Both the position numbers and the translations under genes were made by a program. A model generated the notes under the pieces. It did not search any database, had not been told where the DNA came from, and worked only from the letters and a program-made list of their open reading frames with translations. From contig OZ076409.1 in assembly GCA_964187785.1 (NCBI GenBank), positions 69,132,001-69,196,000 on the forward strand: 64,000 bases of DNA. Direction: 5' to 3'. Position 1 is the first letter of the stretch, and every line of letters begins with the position of its first letter. Of the stretch, positions 10,980 through 23,300 are shown piece by piece. Source of the DNA: Amphiscolops sp. MND2022. Lineage: Eukaryota.

Positions 10980-13499
10980 TTAAAGTTCCAGAAAATCCAC
11001 TAAATGTTTTTGAAAAGTAAATTTTTCAGAAATGACAAATAAATGTAATATGCAAAATGAATCGATTAAGCTTCTGGCTGTAAATTTCATCAACTATTTC
11101 TTGAAGATTTTCTCAACTACTTGAATATTTTTAGTAACAAAAACTGCAGAGACTTCAAAATGGGTAAGTCCAGGCACAGGCTGTTTCTTTCCTGGTAGAA
11201 ATCACTGGAAAACGTCAAAAAACAGTCGACGCCAATTTGACAGAACTCGTTCAACAAAACTTGAACTTGTGCTTAACCTGTCAGCATATCGATTTGAGCA
11301 AAATGAAGCGTAACATCTGCGCTCAACTTCTCTATCAAAGAAAATTTGTGCATTATTGTTGAAAATGCCATTGAAAATTTTTTGGAGCTGCACTTCTCGA
11401 TAGCAGAACAACTTGCTTCCTGAGGAATTGCAATTTTCAGAGAGATTTAAGAGCAACATCGTTGGTGAAGAAAAAATGATTCAGATAAAAATTGATTAAG
11501 CAATCAATTCAATAAAGGTGTCTGAAAGGAGGAACCACAAATTGGAAAATTGGAAAGGCCGCGCTCCAAGTTCAAAGATAGTTTTATCCGTTGCGTGGTC
11601 GCCGTCTGAATCACGGACGATTTAGTTTTCATTCAGAGCAAATAAGAATTTGCTATTTTTTCACACGGAAAACTTCTGACGTCACTGCTTTGTCCTTCTC
11701 TTCCAGTTTTTCCAGAGCGTTGCCAGTGTCTTTGTGGTGCTTACGATGCTCAAATAGTAAATGAAATAAATTTTTAATCATTTGATAATTTTCTTTAGAA
11801 ATGGATCGATCACCTGCGGTTCTGTGAATTATGCACTGCAACCTTTCTTGAAAATGCCAAATATCGGAGCTAGAATAAAGAACTCAACATCTTTTCCTAA
11901 ACACATTAAACGCTGTGCTTCAAGATGGGCTGTTTTGTCTACGTTTTGGTTGCAATTTTGATGAGTAAATTAATTATTAACTTTATACACGGAGGTTTTA
12001 AATGCGTATGTATACCACGATGGAATACAAAGAATTTTTTTTGTAAATTTTTCATTTATCCAATTATTTTTTAGCTGGCAGCGTCTGGTCGTGTTTGGCC
12101 TGCTTCAAACACACATTTGAAGCTGACTGAATGGTTTCAGTTTGATATTCAAGAAATGAGCAAGGAAATGTTTGCCAAAAAATCTTCGTCTTTAGCGCGG
12201 TACTTTTCCAATATTTTCCCAACTATTTCACCCTGAAACTCCTAGATTCTCCTAGAAAGTGGTTTTTATTTGCCTCTTGAACTAGTGGATAGTGCGTGTG
12301 TGGTGACTGATTCATTGAAGGAGGAGTACGAGGGTTCCAACCCGGCGCAGTGCTAACTAAATTTTTTCATTTGCAAAGGTAGACGAAATGAAATCAAAAG
12401 ATCCTCCTCCGCGTGTTTTCAACAATGTGCATCGTTTTTTTCTGGAAATTTTTTGTCCATTTTTGGACTGATTATTTTGACTATTTTTGCATAAGATCTG
12501 AATTGCATACCAGGGATTTGCCGGTTATCTTTCAGCTTTGTACTTTTTTAACAAAAGATTCGAAGAAAATTTTCGAAAAAAAAAGTTTTACTCCCTCTAA
12601 CTCTCCTGGAACTTTTTGTGATGATTCATATTTCCACTCAATCCTTCCTTGTCAGGTGTTCTGTGAGCCTTGCGTTAAACACCTTTGCGCCCATGTTTTT
12701 AGTTTATGCCTATTAAAAATGCCCAAAATATAGTGATTTTTCGAAAGATCCTTGCTACTTTGTTTTCAAATCCGTCATAGTGACTATAAAGTTTTCAAAC
12801 TGAATTCCAAAATAAATCGCCAAATTGGTTGAAAGCGTCTTCTCGGTATTTTTTCACACTTTCATTCGGGTATAAAAAAAATTTCAAGTTTGATTTTCCG
12901 AACTGTGTAACTTTTTGATAATTTTCTTTTTCCAGAAGGGTCCCCTAGTTTAGCGTACTCAGTGCTTCCAATGAAAATGAACTGTGTGAAGCCCAAAGGA
13001 CCACTCTTTGTGTTTTTTTTGCTGCCAAGCAATTTCCTGTAAGGAATTGTTTTCTTAGGGTTCTCGCGTAATGATTTATTTCATGTGAAGTGAATCATAC
13101 CAAGCCCATGTGCATGAATACTCTCTTCTGACACTTTTGCGTAGTTTTCCTTCTACAAAAGGACAGAATTGCATTTATTAATAAGAATGAAATGGAACCG
13201 AAAATGTTGTTCGTATGAAGATAATTTCGAAAAAGCCGCGTACACTGGCCAATTGTACATTTTGTGTGAATTTTTATTGAACCTTTTAGTTACAGATTGC
13301 TCTGCAATAGAGCAAAATAGTCCTTTCATTTTCCGTACGTCCGAAAATTGTGAAATTGGCAAGTCAAGATTTTTCAAATTTGCTCTAGTTATTCGATGCG
13401 TAGCTTCTTGCAACGTTCGCCTTGTTCTAGTCGTTTTAGGCTTGCAGTAACAGTCATTTGCTACATCACTGAAATGGCAGCAAGGCCTTTTTTAGTTCA

Positions 13500-15242
13500 T
13501 GTCAGCAATACGTTACTAGGGGTTGCTTGATAAACTCGATTTTGAATTTACGTCAGCATTATGTCGTAATTTGAGCAACTGAGCCTGAAATTGAATCTAC
13601 GTCAACACTGCGTCATCAGTCAAGCTGGAATTTAAGGAATCTTTTTTTGCGACAGCGTTGCTTCAAATAGGAATGATTTTTGAACGGAATTATGGTTTTT
13701 AGATTCGGATTTAAAGAACTAACCCAAAATTACAAAATTACCGTGTTTGACATGATTCAAAAAAGTCATAGATAGTGTGCAGTTTGTGATAACAAAGTGG
13801 ACCTTGATCAGAGTCCTTAAATGCATGTCTTAATAGCCCGTTTTGTTATAAACTAATTTTAGTAATCTTTGTACAGCGCGTGATGAGTGCCAAAATTTGA
13901 GCTTTTTAAATCAATACTTTTTAATGTGTGCCTTTTGTGTGCCTAATAACTTTTGTTTATTGTCGGACATCAACACGTCGTAAACTTGTAATGCGGTTAA
14001 ATGGGAGCTCATGAAATTGTGATATTGGTAACTAACGCTGAAGAAAACTGTTTGTCTTAAAATACGCTATATATTACGAAAAGCGTTCATTTCATATTAT
14101 TAGTGTCAAAAGATATATCATCCATGCTCACTCGGTAAACTTGTAATTTTATACTTTGTTTGAAGATGTCACGTCGCCCATTCTGCTGCCCACAAGATAT
14201 CAGGTTGACTTCCAGCTGTTGAGCAACCTAACTGAATACTCGCTTGTAAAATATTCCAAGTTTCCCTTCCTTGCATCATCAAAATATCCGTCTGGAGATA
14301 ATCCATAATTTTTCAGGTCAAAAATCTGAATTCTGAAGGTTAGTTCTTCACATTCTGCTTCGTCTTTCCCCGCCAATTCGAGAAGGAAATCAGGAAGTTT
14401 CAGTAAAAACCTGCGAAGCATTTCCGGTTTGATGAAACGAACTAAAATATGCCTCCTGCTTTAGAAAAGTAAAACGATGACGGAATGAATTGATATGATG
14501 ATATGTGATGACTCAAATTAATCTAACTTTATCGATGTTATGAAACCTGGCTAAATGTCGACGCAGATGAAAGTTATGAATAAATTTCATCATTAACTTA
14601 CAGTAAGTGCCTAAATCTCGAGGAAATTCAAGGTACGCGAATATAAAAGATGATGATAGGAGGAAAAATCTGCTTCGAAATTTGTATTTCAACATTTTGA
14701 AACTGTTTTTGATTTCTTAGCACTTCTAAATTGACTCTAGTTTCTCATTTTATTGATTCTAGTTACTCAAGTGTTTAAACTTGGGAAAGCAAAGTAAAAC
14801 CTCGAATTGAAACTTCTAAACTAGAATCTGCTCAATAAAGATGAATACCAGAAGCCACAAGAGGAAGGCAGCTCGACAAGAAGTTGTAAATGTCGTAAGT
14901 CCAAACGTAGTTTCTCCAGATTTTGTCGAAAACGTAGATTTAAACGATCATGACGTCTTGCTTGCGTGCACTTCTTGTCCTAAATCGCTTAGGATTGAAG
15001 GTAGCGAGTTGGTGGAAATTAGAGCGTCGCTGATAAAACAGAGAGAACTTCAGTAATCGAAACTTTGTTCATAGAGTCACAAAAGGAATCGTTAAAACTC
15101 TTAAAAGTTAGAAATGAAAAAAGCATGACAAAGTGTTTCGTGCCAGCTCAAGAAAACGAAACTTGAGACTTCTACCACATACCAACGAGGTCTGTTAGAA
15201 TAAAAAGCACCCAACACAGCGGATCGACTGTGACCTGTAACA
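13500..15242 (+). mobile_element. Degenerate long-LTR-like remnant related to 50669-52112 (left boundary approximate)
   Basis: Collinear similarity blocks (14160~51380, 14470~51697, 14620~51839). Ends in GTAACA. Contains decayed ORF MNTRSHKRKA from 14841. Confidence 0.45.
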
Positions 15243-16176
15243 GAAACTTCAACCAAAACCCTTGAAAGTTGTTTGTTTTCCCGAAATGACAGTTTGAGAT
15301 CAGGATATGGACATTGTTCACGCTTTTTCTCTCCAGGAAGTCCATATTGTTGACTAAAAAGACCAACATTTTCGGTTTTTGTGACTCGAAGTCAAGTTGG
15401 TTAAAAAATGTTTTGATCAACCTAAAATCTCTACTTATAATGGTTTACTTGGGAAAACATCAGTTTTGATGAAGCCATTCGTTTGTACATTTTTGTAAAC
15501 AAGTCTGATGGTGGGGGTGCAAAAAGACTGAAAAAATTTATGACTTACTTACTTGTCAGGTCAGACGGGGGTATCACTTCACACACACTACAGTAGATGC
15601 TTCGCATACGCTTTGCATATGTGGCTATCCAACAAACTTTATCGTATTCTGGCCAAAATATGGTTTTACACAAGTCATAATACTTTCTTCATAACATTTT
15701 TTTGATGAACATGGAAGCATATTATATCCAAAATATGGTCAACGTGATCTCAAAAAATTCCCAATGTAATGATAATCTGAAATCATAGTTGGACCGGGAG
15801 TGCTTGGCAAAAACATGTCGAGCGGGAACATTGAATTTAATGATAACATTATATATTCCAATAAATACTAACTTTGTGAAACTCCAATCCAATGTGGACG
15901 CAAAATGAGCATCAGTCCTCTTCAAGTTTGCGTTCGTTCTTTTGATCAATTAACTACACAATCGAAAAAATAAAGTATTGCTAAAAAACATTGCTATCAC
16001 ATCTCTATTGTATATGATCTAGACTAACAGAAAGTTGTGAAGTATGAAGTAGTTTGATTCTTGTTTTAAGCACCTAAGTTCACCGGAATCAAATCAAAGA
16101 CAAGCAGTCAAACATAACCACTTACCCTAGTATTAGGTAGCTTTTACTATTTTACTATTATTTTTTATCTATATCT

Positions 16177-16703
16177 AAGGCGCTATATCTAAGGCTCAAA
16201 ATTGTAATAGGGGGAACTCTTTGGGCTCTGTAAAACTCCAGTTGATTGCAAATTTTGAAAAAAAAATGAACGAAGAACCCTTTGGAGACTTTAAAAAATT
16301 TTCGAATAAAATCAAAAGATTAGAATTTTCAATAGTCTCAGTGCTGAAAAAAGTAAATGCGTGGACACTTTGGGATCCCTTGAAATTCATTTTGTTGCAA
16401 AATATTTAAAAAATTGAAACGGGACCCTTTCGTGCACTCAAAAGGTTTTCAACAAAACAGTCTCATAGTGCCGAAAAAAGTTTAAAACAACAAGATAGCC
16501 AAAGGGGGGACCATTAGTATGTTGTCGAAGTTCTGAAGGGTGGTTTGTTTGCTTTGGACGTGGCTCTGACGTTTCGAGTTCGACTATGTTTTCAACGTCG
16601 AAGTAGTTGAACAAATCAACAAAAAAGTGGACCTTATGCGTCTGAAATAACTACCCACTGTAAGAGTCGTGCACATTATCTTCTAAAATGCGCCGACTAA
16701 AAA
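16177..16703 (-). mobile_element. HINE family copy
   Basis: GCGCTATATCTAAGGCTCAAAA ... GGGACCC ... AGTCG hairpin GCGCCGACTAAAAA. Confidence 0.65.
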
Positions 16704-19700
16704 TTCAGAGACAGTTATGAAAACAAACTTTTACGAGTTTGTCTGAACAATTCCGTTACTACTGCCACCATGAAACGATCAAAAGCATTGAAAACATTGT
16801 AGTCAGCTAATACATTAGCCATTAAAGTCGTTTTTCTTTCTAGAACGCTCTCAGTATTTTCCTCTATTGACAATCGATTTTTGCCAGTTTGTTTCTACTG
16901 GACTAGCGCTACCATAGAGCAGCAAACCATAGAAGATAGCTGATTTAAAGAAAGTCATTAGAAACGTCGAAAGATATTTGCGAGGAGAAATGTGACGAGT
17001 TCTACATAAGGCCACAGAATCTCATCATTTCCTTCACTTCATAATCGATGTGCTATCGATAGAAGAGATTTTTATCCAATTGAATTCGCAGATACCTATA
17101 GGATGGTTTATAATTTACTTCAGAGAGATCCCTATTTTAATTTATCGGGTCTACATGAGCCAAAATACATTGCTTAACAGTTCCCAGCATTAACTGTTGA
17201 TTTAATCGCTGCAACTTTTTCACGGACACACTCAACTTCTCGACTAAGCTGAGGACTAATTCTTTTTCCTGATTAAAAAATAGACATTGCTTCTTCTGCT
17301 TTCTCGCAACAATCGGCAAGGTCATTGATACATGCCAGACCAGGAAAAAGTCCCGAACAGGTCCTTGTGGCACCCTTGTCTGGACAGGCTGTTTATCTTA
17401 TTCAACCGCATTAATTCTGACATATTGCTCTCGGTAACTCAGAAATTGTTCCAAATTCTTGTTAATTTTAGCCCTGATTTAATGTATCGAAGGGATTTTA
17501 ATGGTTAATAAAGACATTCGTGTCCGGTCATCTTCAACATATCTTTGTCCGGATAGCCTGGAGACATGATATTTTTGGTTGAAAGACATATTACGCTGAT
17601 ATGAGAACTTTGTTTTGAGGAGAAAGCCATCATTAGTATCAATAAAACTTTTCTGTGAATCAATAAAGACCTTCTGAGTGGACTAACCAAACCGATCGGG
17701 TGGTAGTTTTTTGGAAAACTTCGATCATTTTTTATACGTGGAAATAATTTTGTCTAATTTCATCCAATCATTTAACTCATTTCATTCAGGAAAAAACAAC
17801 AACTATTTTTTTTTCAAAAGATGAGAATATTATACTTCAAAAGCAATTTATAAATAACTGCAATCAGGAATACTTGCGTATTTCATCTGGAATTGCTTCT
17901 CAGTTTATGCCTTCTACCAAAGATTGTTTTCTTTGCAATTTTTCTGATCAAGATGTAGTAATGAAACGACTATCCAAAAGGCGTGGATAATTACCATTGA
18001 CTCCTGTCATTATTCCACGATTTCTATAGTTTGCTGATATGGGAATTTTATTTCCCAATAAATTTTTAAAATTTCTTTCAACTTTTCCTTATATACAGGT
18101 GTCTTTTCTGAAATGAGTTGTTGAGTGAGATGATTTGTCACTCTCTCGGTTTGATATGAGTTGCCACTTGATTTTAGTTGTCGCTGATTGACCTCACTCA
18201 ACGTATGGACGGACAGCCTGAAATCACGATTGGGCTAGAGTTTGGACCCTTTGGAAGCATCAATGGTCAAAACTGATCAACGAAAAACAATTATCACTTT
18301 GCTATGGGACATAAAAATTATTTAAACTTGTTTTAATTGGGGTTTTTGGCCGTAGCCAAACAAAATCAAAACCATTTTGTAATAATTCATGGCTATTGAA
18401 GCCTTTGATGCTATGAAACGTAGTTACCACAAGGAATCCGATGGAGAAAAATGTTTTTCCAAAACTTAAAAATTTTAAAACTGCAAAGACTTCACCTTAA
18501 ATATGCTTGGATTGGGGGTTTTGGCCGTAACATAGTATATTACAGCCATTTTATATGCAATTATAGCCAATAGAGCATCTGATGCGATAAAAATTGATGA
18601 TTCCTCATCAAATTGTTTTATAATATTGAGCAATTTCATCCCGTAGTACGGGCCAACACTGCAAAAAAAGAAACGACGAAGAGTTTGCTTTTCGCTCAAA
18701 CATTTGAATTTTATCTTTAAGAAGTAGTTTGACTTCATATGAAATCATGTTGATCATACAATGTTCCATATATGAGACCAAACGAGACCAAATGAGCTGA
18801 GGCATATATGCTTCAATTTCACCAAATCGTGAAAAACTTTTTATGCTTTATAGTTTTTCAGCCGAAAAAATGAATCGCGCAATAGATTGTCCAATGTGGC
18901 GATTTTTTTTTTGCTTCAGTGGCACGCTTATATGAGTTTGTTCACATGAAAAGTAGCGTCCGTGCATACAAGAACCTTCCCTTTGCCCGCAAAAACTACG
19001 TCAAATTTTGTATAACCTTTGTTTAAAACCTGAATAATTATAAGTTCAACAGCGAAATTTTCGAGCATGAAGACTCTCAAAGAATTACCCAAAATCTTGA
19101 AGTGTCCGACAACCTTTAAAAACGTGTAAAAAGTTCATGCACTGTGAACAAGGGTGGCGAAGACTATGGCACTATATACTTATATGACTAGTCTATTGTC
19201 AACCTGATATGAAATAGTTTCATGATGGTAGACTATGATAAACCTGGAATGATGCAGTATTCTTTACGACAGACTACGATCAGCCTATCATTTGTGTATG
19301 GAAAGAAAACCCAGGAAGTAGCGATTTATGACTGCTTGCAGTTCCATGCATATGGGGGGCAAAAATTTACCGTCTCAATGAAATAATTCCATAAAAGTGA
19401 TCTCATGAAACTCTTGGAATCACTCTATTGAATTATTTCATTCACACGATAAATTTACACAATGCCTGAAGCTTATGTGCCGATACTATTTTTCTTCCCA
19501 GCTTCAATTTCGTGGCTTATTTCTGAGATCACGAATCAAATTAGCATGTTCTGAGTAGAGATCTGAAAAAGGTTTTGCGTGAATTTCCAGAAATAAATTT
19601 CTCTTCAAAAATTACCCATTTTCATTCAGTATTCAAGAATTGAATCGCATTCTGTTTGCAGCACTGTCTCCTTCTACAATCTAAAGCATCGCTGTTGCGT

Positions 19701-19733
19701 GACGTAATTACAAATTCAACCAATCAGAATCAT

Positions 19734-20349
19734 CTAAACACTCGTTTTTGGTCGATCCGAAACGAGGGTCAAATTCTTGTTCAGTTTGGGAGAGTTAATA
19801 GCGGGTAGAGTTGTATCTGTATCAGCTGCACTGTCCTTTTTATTCTTTTGGTTTCCCAAAGGGTTCCATTTGTATATATTCGCCGTGTTACCCCGAGCCT
19901 TCCCAATTTGGGGCGAATCAGTTATTGAAGACCCCGGTCGTTCTTTTCCCATCAATTTGGGTCCGTTTTTGACAGGTGAGCCGTTGGGGACATTGTTATT
20001 GTTTATTCCAGCAGGAAATGTCAAAATTCCCCCTCCCCCAATTGTTTTCTTGTTTATCTGGGGACTAGTTTCAGGGGAAGTGCCAGGAACATCTTTAGAC
20101 ATTGTCACCCTTGGTTGGGTGACACGTTTCAGGATGCCAACAGGTCGGAATGTATTGTCAAACGCTCTCCCCCGAATATCACCCAGTTCGTTGTCTTCAG
20201 AAGATGGGTAGGATATTTTTGTTTGGTTAGTAGTGGGTCGATTCAAACTAGCAGGTCGTCTGCTACTGTTGATCCCATTAGGCGATGAGTCATTGCGGAT
20301 CTTGCCTGTGATTGGTCGGTTTTTGTCGAAGTAGTTGCGACAAGGTGGC
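19734..20349 (-). CDS. HUNK: HUNK last coding exon (low-complexity C-terminal tail)
   Basis: Acceptor TTTTTTCAG, 204-codon S/P/N-rich open frame ending in TAG. Confidence 0.75.
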
Positions 20350-23300
20350 CTGAAAAAACGCAAAACTTGAGGACTTGATCGACAAAAAATTTAATTTTAA
20401 AATCTCATGAACTTGTATAGAAAATGGCTAACTTCATTTTTGAAAGACTCTATGTAAGGAATCAGTATAACTGATGCATAAAAGTTGCAGAAGAGAAAAA
20501 TACAGCAAAATTGTAGAAAATTCGGTTTTTATCAAGATAAATAAAGATACTCAACAAAAATCTTTTAAAAAAATTAAAATTAGGATAATTTGCGAACATT
20601 CAATTAGACTGGAAAGATAAACTCTTAGCTAAAAATCCGGATTATATATATACCCACAAACTAACTTATTGAATGGGGTAGTTTTGGATCTCTCAAGTCC
20701 TGGGTGGGCGGGCTGTACACTTTCAGGGGGTTTGAAGTCGCTTCCTCCCGATGTTTTATTGGCTTGTCTCTCCATCGCCCGTCTGTCCGTGTGCATACCA
20801 GGGTACCGCAAAGAGGACTGAGGTTTCTGAAACGGTTAGAAACCTGAAAGTGTCATCTGAGGAAACATATAGCAGCATTTAATCGATTACCTGGAAATAT
20901 CTCGATAATAATTTTTACTGTCTCATTTCTCTTTTTAGTCGGTGACATTAATTACAGTGAATAGTTTTTTTTACATTTTTGTGACACTATAGAATTTATG
21001 CGAATGGCCCACTTTTCAAAAGAGTTTTCAAACCCCAGAGATTGGACCCCAGTAGCCATGCATGCTTCCCAAACAGATGGCTGTCGCTTCGATGTCTGCC
21101 TAGGGCTAAATGTCTTTGTTTCCAACCCTTCGACTTGTTTGGCACTGTGTGATTTTTAAATTTTTTTCCATCATTTTGGGTATTTTTTTCATGTTTATCA
21201 TAAAAAATATATTGAGGCCGCAGGTTGCCCTTCGAATATTTTTTCACCCCGAAAGTTGTGAAATTTTCCCCAAAGCCACCCGAAGCGTTTGAATGTTTTA
21301 AAGCTACCTAACATTTTTCAGCTGCAGATAATTTACCTCCAACTTATTGCAGAGCATTTTCAGTCGCTGAATAAAGTACTCACAAGCGTTACTCTCAGCA
21401 GCCAATTTGTACTTGTACAACGAAAATAGTACATTGCAACGAAATAGTTCTACAGAAGTTCTACGAAATATTATGGTGTCAAATTGAAACCATTTGGCCT
21501 AGCGAACTGAATCAAAAAGGGTTTTCTTGTTTTTCCGCGTAACATACAGTACCAGGCGAGACTAAAGTTTTTTTGGCATTGTGAGACTTTTTTCGAATTT
21601 TTTTCCTCAAAGGGTCCTCCTTTAATTTTTGTGATGCTTGGCGACAGAATGGATGTTAAAAAATCCCAAAGGGTCCCGCTTTCAGTTGTTTTCGGCATTG
21701 TGAGACTTTTTTCGAAAAAAATCACCAAAGAGTCGCCTTCAATTTTTTGATGCTTTGCAACAATGGATGTTAAAAATCAGAAAGGGTTTAGATATGGCGC
21801 CGACTTGTTTAGGACTCTAATACTATTCACAGATCCTCATTTGATTTTTTGTTACTTCCAATAGGAAACAAGCCTGGAACGGCCCAAGTCGGCGCTATAT
21901 CTAAGGCTCAAAAATAGCAAAAAGACTTCAAAGTGTCAAATATTCTTTTACAGTACCCGAAAAACCCAAACTTTGATTCGAAGTGGCGCGCCCCTTGGGA
22001 TTTTTTAACATCCATTCTCTTGCAAAATATGAAAAAAACGAAGGGGTACCCTCAGCAGACATTTGAAAAATTTGAGAAAAGTCTCACAAAGCCGAAACAA
22101 GGCACAAAAAGGTATCTGAAGTTTGAAAACGTTAGATCCGAACTTTGAAAGAAAACGTTAAATCCGAACTTTGAAAACGTTATATTTGAACTTTGAAAAC
22201 GAAACGTTTTATCCGAACTTTGCAAAGGGTACATCTGAACTTTGAAAACGTTACATCCGAACTTTGAAACGTTATATGAAGACGAACATGTTTCATTAGG
22301 CATCGGTCGTAATTTCGAATAAAGCGCCGCCATTTTAATGTAAATTAACTTCATTCACAATGTAAGCAACAAACTCGCGTTATCTTCAGCGTCTTATTTG
22401 AGAAGTGGTGATTATATCAGATGAGTAGTTGAGAAATCAATGTGTGAATACAACGTGATCGTGTCCGTAAAGAAGGGGAAATATTTTCCAATTTAATTGC
22501 AGTAGTGGAAAATGCAGTGTACTTCGACAAGATTTGCTACAGGATTCTTACTGAATTTCCTAGGTTTTTAAAAAGTTAACCTGCTTGCAAACGTGCAGCA
22601 TGTAGTTCCAGCAGTCTGAACAAGGGATTTTGAAGGACTTATTTTTAGTCGGCGCGTTTTCCTTTTAAGGATAACTGCCCGACTATAGCAGTGACCTTTT
22701 TTTCAGACTACAATCCTCACACTGATTGGTTCACTTTTTAGAAACAATCCTGATACCACCGAAGGCCAAATCCGGCCGATGCAAACTTGGGTCAAATGGT
22801 CCCCTTTCATTTTTTACTTTTTCAAGGAAACCTACAAAACAGGACGTGTCTAAAGGGTCCCCATTTGGATTTTTTTGGCACTGTGCGACTTTTTTTCGCA
22901 AATTTTTTATGTCCCCAAAGGATCCCCCTTCGAGTCTTTTGATATCTTGCAGTAGCATGTATGTTAATAAATCCAAAAGGGTCCCCCCTTTTACATTTTA
23001 CGTTATATCCGAAGTAAATAGTACTTTACTAAGGAGAAAGCGGAGGTCCAAAAATTTTGTGTTATTTCGACGTTATACTATTTTGACGTTATACCTTTGA
23101 CGTTTTACTGAGGAGGTGGCGGAGGTTCGAATAAAAGCGCTCCTGTTTGTCCCAGAACGCTGCATCCGAACGATTTAGGCGTTTCCGAGCACGAAAGGCA
23201 CCCTTTTCGTAGGCAGGGTGTTTCGCCACTTTTTGTGAATTTTTCATTTAAAAAGTCCTGAGCATATTCAAGAGTTTGCGCTTTTTGAGCCTTACGTGTG

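Noticed and set aside
11160..11360. Plus-strand gene starting ATGG|GTAAGT, divergent from the orphan gene
   Set aside because: The nearest acceptor gives an intron of only about 34 nt and a short unrecognisable frame; no further support.
16750..18900. Possible additional minus-strand exons (ORFs 17137-17373, 18010-18201, 18608-18805; also 11202-11841)
   Set aside because: I could not assemble phase-consistent exons or recognise a domain; needs transcript data.
20666..20843. Alternative HUNK acceptor at 20844 giving a second open frame through exon 10
   Set aside because: It shifts the frame and terminates early in the last exon; no evidence that it is used.
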